A stretch of 64,000 nt of DNA from Azolla caroliniana (lineage: Eukaryota > Plantae > Polypodiophyta): assembly GCA_043228905.1 (NCBI GenBank), contig JBHGNT010000022.1, positions 248,001 through 312,000 of the forward strand, read 5' to 3'. The position numbers and the translations under genes were made by a program. This document shows positions 12,591 to 26,500 of this stretch, piece by piece (positions within the stretch are counted from its first letter, which is position 1; each line of letters begins with the position of its first letter). The notes below the pieces were generated by a model, which saw only the letters and a list, made by a program, of their open reading frames with translations, made no database searches and had not been told where the DNA came from.

Positions 12591-14369
12591 GAGGACAAGA
12601 AAATCAACCCAACCCAATACACATTGACTACCCATCATGGGAACAGGCGGCAAGCCGTGCGTTGTAATGCCTTGCATCATGCATCCATGATAACATGCTC
12701 GGCTACATCCGAGAGGCCAAAACTCCGAAGGAGTGGGGGAATCTCCAAAAGATATTCACGGCCAACATGACTACAAAAACGCTTCAACTCCATCAAGAGT
12801 TGAACACCATACAGCAGAGGGATATGTCAATCGGCAACTACACCTTGAAAATCAAGGAGCTATGTGACTCCCTCGAATCGACCAATGTTAACATTGACGA
12901 CGATGAAATGGTTCAGATATGCCTTAGAGGCTTAGTACCTCGGTTCGGCGTAATAAGGTCGGTCATCCTCTCTAGGGAGAACTCTCCCTCTTTATTTGAT
13001 CTCCAATCGATGCTACTGGTAAAAGAAAATCACGTCCAAACGTGGAGCAATGTGGAAAAAGGACACATGCTCTATTCAAATTCAGATGGAGGAAGAGAAA
13101 AAAATCATGGAAGAACAAGTTGATTCCGTCAGGGCCGACACAACGAAGAACAACCTTGCAAACAAAACTTCTACTATTGGCAAGATGTTTCAAACACACA
13201 AGGTGGAGCATCCTAAAGGAGGGGAAGCAATCAGGCTGGACCCAGTTGACAAACAATTATGTCTAGTCCGGATACTATCATGGCAAATTCGGCCACTACG
13301 AGGCAAAGTGTCGCAAGAAGAAGAGTGAGTCGGCCTCCACAAGCCGACAACTCACCAACTATGCCTCAAACTCTAACTACGACGATCGTGGCGGAATGTT
13401 CATGATGCGGCATAGAGCGAATTCAATGACAACATCATGCCCAACAAGCATCTCCAACTCAGAAAATGTATGTTTTGTCGATTTGTGTGTATCCAATAAC
13501 ACGACGTCTCATGAGGATTGGTTTTGAGAATTGCGAAAACCCGAATCACCTGGCTATGTAGAAACATGGGATGACACAATCCACCCCATTCAGCATGTCG
13601 GAAATGTCCCTTTCGGCGAAGACGACAATCAGGCCTACATCAAGAATGTCTTGCATTTATCCAACTATAACTGTTACGGGCATGACCATATAATATCCCG
13701 TGGTGAGAATTTACCGTAGTATTCTATACATGTAGATAAGTGTGAGGGTTAAACGAGAGTGTAAAGAAAGGGAGGATTACTTTTAATCCTCGGGATTGAG
13801 ACAACCCATTAGGCCAAGTGTGAACTTGCCTGGGGGCCTTGGGTATCGCTATAAATAAGAGGCCTAGCTAACCTCATTTCATCATCTTTTGACTACGTCG
13901 AGACTCTGTTCTTGTGGTGGGTCAACTCTTGTAGCGAGCGCGCCAGCACTAGGTACGACTCGACGCCACAATGGTGGTATGGCTCGAGTCCGTCTCAATC
14001 CCTTCGCTCGGGGGTGGTCGGGTGGATCGACACCCTTCTTTCTCTCTCTCTCTCTCCTTTCTATCTAGATCTATCGTTTATCCTTATCCTTTGCTTACAT
14101 TAGTACATATCTCTAATAGTTGGTATCCGAGCTCATGTTCTAATGTTTCTTTTGTTGTATTTGGTGTTCTTGATTGATGGTGATCGATTGATGTGCGGTC
14201 GACCTTGTTCCAAACAGCAATCAACAAAGGAACTTTGGTAATCTTTCTTGTTTTTTTCTATTCTTTCTTCTCCCAATTTAATCATGTGTATGGTTAATAT
14301 GTAAAAAAAATTATATAAATTCAATGATGTTGTAGTGGTAATTAAGTGGTTGTATAAAACGTTTACATA

Positions 14370-14640
14370 TGTGTATAAGGTCAATACCTCATTTGACATA
14401 TATTGAATATGTGATTAATGTCGTATGCGCACGAAGTTAATACCTCAATTGAGTACTACGCTCACATACATATGTCACGTATGCGTATGAGGTCAATATC
14501 TTGATTTCGTTGTAAATGATATGCGTTTGGTCTCGTATGCGTAAGAGGTCAATACCTCAATTGCGTATCACGATGAACCCTTATTTTTGGATGTTTCATG
14601 TGCGTAGAGGGCATATGCCTCGATTGCGTATCTCAATTAC
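14370..14640 (+). repeat. Degenerate tandem repeat (~55-65 bp) in the Gypsy leader
   Basis: Recurrent TATGCGYAxGAGGTCAATACCTC motif. Confidence 0.6.
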
Positions 14641-17321
14641 ATAATTTTTGGCTATTTGATGTAACAATTTGTTTAATGTACGCATATGTGATCACGTGTA
14701 TACGTATTTGATCGTATATATGTGATAAGTAAATATACATGTATATTTGATATTACGTGATTTCTATTGAATGGTGTCCTTGTCGGGAAAAGGATCTTGG
14801 TGGCCATCCTCACATTTTTGTGAGAATGATGTTTTCACCATCTCTTTTTCAACAATTTTTTGTTGACATCCCCGTTGGTCACTTCGATATTTCGTTACAT
14901 AATGAAACAATCATAGCCACAATGGTGTTGAGTACATAGGGCATAACCCACTTCATGTGAGATCGCTCCTATTGCACACATATCCAACATCCCTCCCTCA
15001 TTACATGGATATGATGCCACCATGAGATCATTCTTACAAAAGGCATTCGTAATGACGTAACCATGTGATGGGCCATGTGGGCCTATGAAAAGAGGGCTCA
15101 TTTGGCTTGACCATTCGGTTGCACTTTGGCGTATGCCATCGTAATTATGAGACTTGAGGTTAGGTAACGTACCAACAAAGTTTGTGGTAAACGAGGGGGA
15201 AATAAGGACCCTTGACATATATGTTTCTTTTAAAAAAACATATATGGGCAAATGCCTTGCATATCTCTTATACGCATGAAACATTAAACATTTAAAAAGA
15301 GCAACCTAATTCGTTAGCTCAAGTGTTTAATGCATTTGTTCTCGAGGTCTCCAGTTCAAATATAAACCACATATGCGGGCACCGAAACATAGTTTATTGT
15401 TAACATTTTTTTCGTGTATAAACTATTCATGACGCGAACATACATGGTTGAGCCTCGGGGAGCTGCCATGAAAAAATCGATATAGAGATCAGGGAAAGAC
15501 ATTAATTTGTCACCCCCATGGTTTTTAAAACACCTTTGTGTTACCATAGTAACCTGATCTTGAACCTCATCTCATACGTCTAGAGGGGTATTGATGTGAG
15601 ATCATGATATCGATTAATGTTTGCCCATGATATGTTTACACCACGACATGATGTTATAACTATTTGTCTGACCTTATCCTATTTCTTTGCCAGAAATAAT
15701 CATTCAATGGCTCAAAATAACGACCCGATGTCATCCGCCCAAGTGGAAGGAACTCAAGGAAATCCTCCTGGACAAATGTCCATTGAGATGTATTTTTCAC
15801 AAAAAAGCCAATACCTTAGTTTCACCACTCAACAGATAACCAAACTTCGGCAATCTCAAAGTGCTCTCGAGGCACGTGTCATTAGTTTACAACGTAAGAC
15901 TAATAGACATGATGAGTGACCAGGTGAACCATCATTTGTCGTTAAGCCATTTACGGGAGAAAAAAAGTTAAGAACCAAAGAAGCAATCTACACGTGGCTA
16001 GGCCGATGGGAGTCTTATTTTGAGCTCTATCCCACGCTAGATAGTACGAAGATTGCATATGTCGGCCGAGAACTAGGGGGTAAGGCCGCCACGTGGTGGC
16101 GTGGGCTCTGAACTTTGGGGATATTTCCTGATACTTGGACAGATTTTGTCACAGTTTTTAAGGGCCAATTTCTGCAACCTCCCTCTTGAACCGAGGAAGC
16201 TGAAGCTTTAATGAACCTCTCTAATATGAAATTTTCTTCGCTAGAAGACTATGTCCACCATGCTAGAACCCAAATCCAAAAATGGGCTCTAGAAGGGGAC
16301 AATTGGTTACTAGCTTGTTTTGTCAATGGCATCCCCAATTCGGACTATCACTGGATAGTGCACGATAAGGATCCAAAATCCTTCGAAGAGGCTATTGAAA
16401 TAGTTCTTCACTATCAACGCACTTCGAAGAAGGACCACAACAAAGCCAACGAAGTGCCCGAGACTAAGCAGTCATAATTCACTGGGAAACGCAAGACACC
16501 CAACGAATTCATGGATCGGGATTGTAAGTGACAACATCCTTTTTGCGTATTCTGCAAAAAGAAGGGCCATACAAAAGAGCAATGTCGAAAGCTCCAACGG
16601 AAAGAGCACGACAACAAAGCTAAAGCTGCACACCATAAAGGTCAGATTCCTAATGTCCTTCAAGTCTATACACATCATTTAACTAATTGTCAGTGTTCTT
16701 TCCCTCACAATGTATTGGGTCCCAATGATTTACTACGTGCAAAGGGGTATATCAATGGATCTCATGTACAATTTTTGTTTGATTCGGGAAGCTCACACAA
16801 CTTTGTGAATGATCGTTTGGTTCAGATATGGGGAATCCAACCCATCGTAAGTGATCACACCTATACAGTACACTTGGCTGAGGAAGAGTACAATACATCA
16901 ACGGGGCGATTCATTCATTAGGAATTTCTATTGATACTTATATAGAGGAAGTAGACTTCCATGTAATGAATCTTTGTACCACTGATGTAATACTGGGTTA
17001 TCCCTAGTTCTATAATAAAAACTCTTCTTTATCTATTGATTGGCTTCATCATTCAACAACATTTGTACTGAACGATTGTACTCATTTTAATCAATGTGTA
17101 AAAAAACAATCCCTCTCGATTGTTTCCTCTCCATCAATATCCGAGTTGTCTTGTTCTACTCTATTTTATTGTGTCCTTAATATGGACATTCACGTTTACA
17201 ATATCAATAATGTCTCAGTTCAATTAACATATTTTGAACAACAACAACTTGATGAAATCTTAAATGATTTTCGTGATGGTTTTCTGAGTGAACTACCAGA
17301 TGGGTTACCTCCTAAACGTAA

Positions 17322-20300
17322 TGTTGAGAATCAAGCTCAACTTGGTCTAGTGTGTGAACTCCCCTTGAGAGTGAATAGACACTCCAACAGTCAAGAGTCA
17401 CCATTATGTCACCTCTTTGTATTCTAGCATTTTGTATTCTTTGTAAACCCTAAACCCTTCTATGACACATAACTTATGAGCTTTCACATTCCCCATGCTC
17501 CATGAGTCTTGTAGTTAATGAAGAGAGAGGGTGACTATATAAAGCACCCTCCTCCCACCTTGTATCGTGTTGAGTCTTTCTCCTTTGTTAATATACTTTA
17601 ACCTTGCGTATTCTTTGTGTATTACTCCTTGTCTCTCACACACACACTCTCTCTCTCATACACACACATAACTCACATCTCTTCCGCTTCACAAGAATCA
17701 TATCCGATTCTTTACATGGTATCAGAGCGATTTGGTAGCCCGATCTAGCCCATTCGCCTCATTGTGATCGTGTGTTGTGCTCCACGCCGACGACCAAGAA
17801 CCGACTCATCGCTATCGTAGCTTCTCTACATAGCTCGCATTCGAAAAGAGAAGAAGAAGAAGAAGAAGAAGAAGAAGAAGAATCGACATAATGAATACTC
17901 AAATGGGGAGCGCTCTCCCTACCGAGAACTTGGATTGAAACAACTTCGCATCTTGGGCGTACAAGATGCACCAATATGTTGTCGGACAAGGCTATTGGAG
18001 CTACATCAAAGGAGCACATGAAGACTGACCCGCCGAAGCGGCTCCCGGATACGCGACATGGGAGCAATCCGCAAGCCGCGTGATGTATTGCTTGGTGATA
18101 TGTGTTCACGATCACATGCTCGGCTACATTCGCGAAGCCAAGACGCCGAAGGAGGCATGGGAAAATCTACGAAAGATTTTCGCGGCGAACACAACCGCAA
18201 GAAGGCTTCAACTCCGCCAAGAGTTGAACAACATTCAAAAAAGGGACATGTCCATCATGACATACACCGCGAAGATCAAGGAGCTTTGCGATTTGCTTGG
18301 CTCAATAAGCGTAAATATCGATGATGATGAGATGGTTCAAATATGCCTCAGCGGCCTCGCACCACGGTTCAGCGCGATGTGAACTGCCATTCTAGCACGG
18401 GAGAAATCTCCCTCCTTCGAGCTCCAATCAATGCTATTGGTCGAAGAAAACCACGTGCGTACAAGGAGCAATGAGTCGGAAGGCCACATGCTCTACACGC
18501 ACTCGAACGGAGGAAGAGGACGCGGACGGTCGAGAGGCCGATTCGGCCAAGGACAAGGAGGATGAGGTCTGACCTACAATAACAACTCCCAATTTCAGCC
18601 GCAAAAGGAAGCCAACGAGGAACCTTTGCAAGAAGGGGGAGCTTCCACTCCGGCCCGAGCCATCAAAACGCAACCAAATGCGGATATTGAGGAAAGCTCG
18701 GCCACCACGAAGTAGAGTGCCGAAAGAAGATGCGTGAATCGGCTTCCACAAGCCGACAACTCACGAATTACGCACACAATTCCGACTACGAAGAGTATAG
18801 CGGAGTGTACGGTTACAACTCCGACTACGAGGATCGTGGCGGAATGTTCATGATGAAACATAGAGCAAACTCTATGGCGGCCTCTACCTCAACTAGTGCC
18901 CTCAATCCGGAGGACGTATGGTTTGTTCACTCCAGATCCTCAAACCATATGACATCTCATAACGAATGGTTTCTCGAACTTCGAGAGCTGGAGCGACCCG
19001 GTTATGTTGAAACCGGAGATGACACTACGCACCCGATTCGGCACATCAGCAATGTTCTGTTCGGAAAAGAAGGTGAGCAAAATTACATTAAAAATGTCTT
19101 GCATGTACCGACCATTACGAAGAATTTGGTCTCCGTCGGCCAAATTGTAGAGCAAGGGATGCAAGTTTGATTTAATCAAGGCGGTTGCTTCATCGAAAAA
19201 GAGGGCCGACTCATCGCACGCAGACGAAGAGAGGGCCGAATGTTCATTCTCGACTCACACGAGATGAAATCGTCTATGTTCGCAAAGGGCATGAAAGCCG
19301 ACTCCGACATAGAGTTGTGGCTCAAGTGAATCGGCCACATCAATCTCAACAAACTCAAAGCAATGAAATCGAAAGCAGTTGTCATCGGACTCCCGACATC
19401 CAAAGAGAAGGAGATTGAAGGTGTATGCAAAGCGTGCCAATTTGGCAAGCAACACCAACACCCATTCCCGAAAGAGCAGAACGTGAGCAAAGGTCTACTC
19501 GACGTAGTCCATTCTGACGTATGGGGACTGGCGCAGACGGCTACATTCGGCGGATGCCGATATTACGTGCTCTTCATCAACGACTTTTTTAGGCACACTT
19601 GGATCTATCCGATGCGGCAAAAGAGCGAAGTGTTTGGACACTTCCAAAAATTCAAGAATGAAGTCGAGAAAGCCACGGGCCGACATGTACAATGTCTCCG
19701 ATCGGATGGTGGCAAGGAGTACTTCTCGAACTATTTCACGGAGTATCTCCGAAAGGAAGGAATTCGGCGAGAATTCACTTGCTGACACACTCCGCAACAA
19801 AATGGAGTAGCCGAGCGCAAAAATCGGCACATCCTCGAAGTAGTGCGGGCCATGATGAACGAGAAGCATATGCCCAAGTCATATTCGGTTGAAGCCGCAA
19901 ATACGGTTGTCTACCTAATGAACTGGTGCACAACATCTGGCGTGCACGAGGTAACTCTGCACAAAAAATACTTCGGAAAGAAGCCGGACTTATCGCACAT
20001 CTGCATATTCAGCGCGATAGTGTACGTGCACATCCCGGACAAGAAGCGTCAGAAGCTTGACCCGAAGTTCGAGAAATGTATCCTCATAGATACTCACTGG
20101 AGCAAAAGGGGTACAACTGCTACAACCCCTCAACTCGAAAATCTCGAGTAAGTCGAGACGTCGTTTTTGACGAGTCTGCATCTTGGTATGCACCAGAGAC
20201 AACTTCGACTCCGATTCCGCTCGACCCGGAATCCGCCGAACAAGAGATAGAGGATGAAGATAGCCTTACAGGCATGTTTGAAGAAAGTCCGCTCATGACC

Positions 20301-22801
20301 TGACTGAGCGGACCACAAGAGCCTTTGAGCGAACAAAGCACATCACGGCCTAGCCCGAAGATGGACAAAGGCAAGGCGAAAATGTCGGACTACGAAGACG
20401 ATCGCTTCGACGACGATGAGTCGACTCACTCACTTGACAGTGAGTTTGGCGGCTTTGATGTACCAATCGGAGCTAAGAAAGCCCTCATCTTTGCAAATGA
20501 AAAGCTCCATCGCTCCACCCGTGAAAAGAATCTGGTCAGTCGATTCGGCTACAACAACTACATGGCATATCACTATGGCTTTATGATGAAGGTGGCGGCA
20601 ATACGCGAGCCGGAAATATTCTCCGAAGCAGCCAAGGATCCGCGATGGATCGAAGCCATGAACGAGGAGTTGCACGCACTATGCAAGAACGAGACGTGGG
20701 ATCTCGTTCCCACCTCACCACACAAAAAGGCGATCGGATGCAGATGAATTTACAAAGTGAAGTACAACGTTGACGGTTCCGTCAACCGCTACAAAGCGTG
20801 ACTCGTAGCAAAAGGCTTCACCTAAACGCACGAAGTTCACTATGAGGAGACCTTTGCCCCGGTGGCAAAGATGACAATGGTAAGGACCGTAATTGCACTC
20901 GCAGTGGCGAAAAGGTGGCACCTCCACCAAATGGACATCAAGAATGCCTTTCTTCAAGGGGAATTAGAAGAGGAGGTGTACATGGTACAACCTCCCGGCT
21001 TCGAATCATGCATTCATCCGAAAGTTGTATGCCGACTTAAGAAGCCCCTCTACAGCCTCAAGCAAGCACCGCGTGCTTGGCATTCGAAGATAACGCAATA
21101 TCTTCATCAAATCGGCTTTCGTATGTCAAAATTGGACAACTCCCTCCACATACGAAGTGATTCCACCAGTCCGATCGTCATCATCTTATATGTGGATGAC
21201 CTAGTCATTGGAGGTGAGCATCTTGTCGAAATCAATAAGGTCAAATACCTCCTTTCCGAGAAGTTCGAGATGACGAACATGAAGGAGCTCCACTACTTCC
21301 TCAACATCGAGGTAATTCGGACTCTGGCTGGAATCATGATCTCTCAATGGCACTACATCCTCAACTTATTATACAAGTTCGGGAGGGCTGAGTGCAAATC
21401 CGCGGCAACCCCGCTCAATCACAATCTCAAACTCGATGCAAACTTCGGCACCAAAGCGTGTGAGCCGACCCAACATCGGCAACTCATCGGGAGTCTAATC
21501 TACCTCACGATCACACGACCCGATCTCAGTTATCCGGTCGGTCTCCTTAGTCAATTCATGCAAACACTGTGTGATACTCACTTGGATTGCGCTAAGCGAG
21601 TTCTACGGTACGTGAGCGGCACAATGGATTGCGGCATCCTCTACAAGACCGCGATGCCAATACACCTCGAGGGGTACATAGACGCTGATTGGGCTGGCTA
21701 CAAAGCTGATAGAAGGTCAACCTCCGGATTTGTTTTCTCCCTCGGTAGCAGAGCAATATCCTGGAGTAGCAAGAAGTAGCCTATCATCACTCTTTCGAGT
21801 ATGGAGGCGGAATACAGGGGTGCATTCGTAGCTGCATGTGAAGCCGTATGGCTCAAAAGGATACTCAAGGATCTGGGCGTACCCTTCAAGGATCCGACTT
21901 CCCTTTACTACGACAACATGAGTAGTATCTATCTAGCTCGGAACCCGGTGTTCCACACATGGACAAAGCACATCGAAGTGCACTATCACTTCATCCGAGA
22001 GTGCGTTCTAGCTGGCGATGTCGACCTACAACACATTAGCACAAATCTTCAAACGGCCGACATCTTCACTAAAGCCTTAGGAGCCGACAAGCTGTGGCAA
22101 TTCATGACCAATCTTAGATTGATGATCCCTGACCTACCAAGCTTGAGGGGGAGTACTGAAGACATTATGAAATAATGTGTGGATTCCGCAAACCGCGCAC
22201 ACTACGCAACGAAGCCGCGAAGAGCCGATCTACCGCGCAAAGCCGTGAAGAAAGACGCAAGCTGAAGCACAGACTTCGCAAGTACGCACAACGCAAGCTG
22301 GAGCACGGATTCCGCAACTCCGCATAAATGTGAGTCGACGCGGACTCCGGAACGCGAGTTGAAGCGGATTTCAGATACCGTCTGAAACCGACCCGACTTG
22401 AGCTTGAGGGGGCGTGTTGAGAATCAAGCTCAACTTGGTCTAGTGTGTGAACTCACCTTGAGAGTGAATAGACACTCCAACAGTCAAGAGTCACCATTAT
22501 GTCACCTCTTTGTATTCTAGCATTTAGTATGAGTCATAGAATCATATTCTATGACACAACTTATGAGCTTTCACATTCCCCATGCTCCATGAGTCTTGTA
22601 GTTAATGAAGAGAGAGGGTGACTATATAAAGCACCCTCCTCCCACCTTGTATCGTGTTGAGTCTTTCTCCTTTGTTAATATACTTTTACCTTGCGTATTC
22701 TTTGTGTATTACTCCTTCTCTCTCTCTCTCTCTCTCTCTCTCATACACACACATAACTCACATCTCTTCCGCTTCACAAGAATCATATCCGATTCTTTAC
22801 A
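17322..22801 (+). mobile_element. Full-length degenerate Copia (family A); LTRs 17322-17716 and 22415-22801; TSD CGTAA
   Basis: PBS TGGTATCAGAGC at 17717; Gag, protease, INT (LRSDGGKEY), RT (YVDDLVI) and RH (DADWAG) are broken by stops; PPT GAGGGGGCG; CGTAA at 17317-21 and 22802-06. Confidence 0.95.
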
Positions 22802-23582
22802 CGTAATATACACCATCATATAGATATTGTACCTGGCGTTGCACCAATAAGTATACCTCCTTATCGCTTAAGTTGATTCGAAGAGGATGAGGTATCTAAG
22901 CAACTCAAGGACTATTTACGAATGGGTTATATACGTTACAGTAAAACTCCTTGGGGTGCAGTAGTTCTCTTGGTTAAAAAGAAAGAAGGCACATGGCATA
23001 TGTGTATTAATTACCGACGCTTTAATAAAGTGACAATCAAGAATTCGTATCCACTGCCCCGAGCTGACGATCTAATTGACCGTCTCTAGGGAGCTCGGTA
23101 TTTTACGAAACTTGATCTCCGTACTAGCTACCATCAAATTCGTATAAGTGAGGACGATGTTCCTAAAACGGCATTTTGTACGCACTATGGCCATTATGAG
23201 TTTTTGGTTATGCCTTTTGGTTTTACCAATGCTCCGGCTACATTTCAACAATAAATGAATGACATTTTCCGAGAACAACTTGGAAAATTTGTCGTTATTT
23301 TCTTGGATGATATCATAGTTTATAGTCGTACATTACAAGAACATGCTAAACATGTCCTCTTTGTTTTACAAACATTGCGTGACAAATAGTTTTATGCAAA
23401 GATCTCAAAATGTGAGTTGTTCAAGAAATCAATTACTTATCTTGGACATCTCATAACTGAACAAGGAGTTGAAATTGATCCTTCTCGCATCGAGAAAATC
23501 AAGCTTTGGCCCACTCTTCAGAATATTCGAGAAGTTCGATCATTCCTTGGTTTGTCGGGTTTTTGCGAAAATCCCTTTGTAA

Positions 23583-26500
23583 TGTTGGGATTACGGTCCC
23601 TTCAGATGGGATGGTCGGATGTCGGAGATGAATGCCGACGAGCCCGGTTTCGGTTTCGGAACCGGATGATGAAGACCCCGGCTTCGGAGCCGGATGACGA
23701 ATGTACCCGGGGAGAGATCCGGATGCAGGGACATATCCGTGAATATGTTTGCTAAGGGCCCCTGAGGCTATAGTTGTAAATAGCCCCAAAGTCATATATG
23801 TATAAATATGACTTAGGGCAAACAGTTTTACTGTTGTTGATCATTTTTCTGTTTTTCCACTCAAGAGGAGTGAAGAGTGAGCAGCCGTGAGAGAGAGAGA
23901 GAGATAGAGCGTGAGAGAGGAAGAGGACGACGCCTCTTTGTATTTCCGCCGCCTGTGGCGAGGACAGCGAGCTCAAGGTCGTCGCCTTGCAGCTCGCCAT
24001 TGTATACTTCTCTGTGTATAGTGGTGGTTTGGAGTCTTGTACTCCCGTGGTTTTTCCCGTTTAGGGTTTTCCACGTTAATCCTTGCGTATTCGTGTTTCT
24101 CTCTGTGGTTTCCTATTTTCTGCTGCATTGATTCGCGCTTACTCGGTTGTGGCCGAGTGAAGAAGGAGAATCGAAGCGTCGATTCCCAACAAACTGGTAT
24201 CAGAGCGGGTTGCTGCAGAAAATGGAAGGCGGCGGCAGCGGGCAGCCGGGGATGATGGTGCTGACTGCGCAGAATTACGCCGACTGGAAGATCAAGATGG
24301 AGGATCTTCTGATTGTTCGGGACCTGTACGAACCGATTGACAGGTCGGAAATACCGAAAGGGGTACTTGAGTCGGAATGGAGGCTTCTGAACCGGAAAGC
24401 CGTTGCAACCATTCGGCAATACGTCGACGTGAGCGTTCTACAACATGTGGCGAACGACACCAACGCATATGAGATGTGGCGGAAGCTGTCGGGCCTCTAC
24501 GAGAGGAAAAATGCGTTGAACCGGACCTCCCTGATGAGGAAGATAGTGAATCTCAAGTACCGGGACGGCGAGAGTATGGTGGAACACGTAAGCACGTTCA
24601 TGGGATTCGTGAATTAGCTTGCGGCGATCAAGTTCCCGTTGGAGGATGCAATGCAAGCCATCATCCTGATGTGTACATTGCCGGAAAGCTGGGAGAACTT
24701 GGTGGTGACTCTCAGCACCTCCTGCACAGAAGATAACTTGTCCCTACAAACGGTAAAGACAAGTATTTTGAACGAAGAAGCGCGTCGGAGAGATAAAGAA
24801 CCGGCCTCCGACTCGAAGGCGCTGCTTACCGAATCGGATCGGGGAAGACAATGGAACCGGAGTCCGCAAAGACGGGAGAAGTCGGGGACCTGGTCGCAGT
24901 CAAGAGGAAGGCCCACATGCTTCCACTGTGGGAAGCCGGGGCACTTCCGAAAGAATTGTCGGCATTACCGAAAAGACAACGGAGCCGACGACACCGATTC
25001 GAAGAAGTCACCGGAGAGAAACGGTGCATACCGGGGAGCCACGGACCGGAGAGGTTCGGATCGGCGAGGGCAGGACCGGAAAGGAACAACGGCACTCGCG
25101 GCAAGTGAGGAAGAAATCATGCTCATCACCGAAGAAAGTGAAGTAAACATTGTCGGCGATGAGACGACCTGGGTGGTCGATTCTGGAGCATCGTTCCACC
25201 TGACCCCAGAGAGAAGATACTTCTCATCCTACACAGCCGGTGAGCATGGCTGTGTTCGGATGGGAAATGAAGGTACGTGCCGGATTGCCGGCATCGGAGA
25301 CGTGTGGTTGACAACCCCGACCGGATGCAAGATGCTGCTGAAGGATGTTCGACACGTTCCGGAGGTCCGATTGAACCTGATCTCGGCCGGGAGGCTAGAT
25401 GATGAAGGCTACACGGGTAGCATCCGGAACGGTGTCATGAAGTTCAGCAAGGGGAGCCTGATAGTGGCTCGGGCCCGGAAGGTCAACACACTGTACCTGA
25501 TGAATTCCCGGCTATGTCCGGAGGAGCTGAACGTGGCAGCCGACACTGCCGGTGAGCTGTGGCAGAAAAGACTGTGCCACATGAGTGAGAAGGGGATGAA
25601 GAGGCTTGCAGAAGACAACCTTATTCCAGTGAAGCATGTGCACCTGGAGAAGTGCACCGATTGCCTGGCCGGTAAGCAGAACCGAACCTCCTTCCACTCA
25701 AGGCCACCGACGAGACGTAGCGCACCATTGGAATTGGTGCACACTGATGTGTGTCAGGTAGAAACGAAGTCACATGGCGGAGCCCAGTACTTCGTAACAT
25801 TCATTGATGATCACAGCCGGAAGCTGTGGACGGCACCGTTGAAGACAAAGGACCAAGTGTTGTGCGTCTTCAAAGAACTCCACGCGAGAGTGGAAAGGGA
25901 ATCCGGCAAGAAGTTGAAAGCGATACGAGCGGATAATGGAGGGGAATACCGGGGGCAGTTCCAGGAGTATTGTCGCTCGAAGGGAATCCGACTCGAGTTT
26001 ACTGTGCCGAAGACGCCGGAACTGAACGGGTTGGCCGAGAGGATGAACCGGACCATAATGGAGAGGGTCCGGAGTATGCTGGCGCATGCGAAATTACCCA
26101 AGGGGTTTTGGGCTGAGGCAATGTCGACGGCGACATACGTGATAAACAGATCACCCTCAGTACCTTTGGACGGAGACACGCCGCAGAAAGTGTGGACCGG
26201 TAAGGAAGTGTCCTACCGGCATCTGAAGGTGTTCGGGTGTCTCGCATACGTGCATGTGGCAAAGGACCGAAGAGGAAAGCTAGATCCAAAGACCCGGCCA
26301 TGCATATTCCTCGGTTACGGCGATGACGAGTTCGGCTACCGAGTATGGGACCCGGTTGACAAGAAGATATTCCGGAGTCGTGATATCATCTTCATGGAGA
26401 ACAAGACACTCGCCGACTGGGAGTCGGAGAAGAAGATGAAGAGCTCCAAGTCAACCGGTGAGGATCAACTTTATGAGGAGCAGTCCCGACCGGCAAGGGA

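Noticed and set aside
24615-24617. Programmed stop-codon readthrough in the Copia
   Set aside because: The stop falls mid-Gag at a probable Gln codon (CAG>TAG), consistent with C>T decay; Copia gag-pol is normally one frame.
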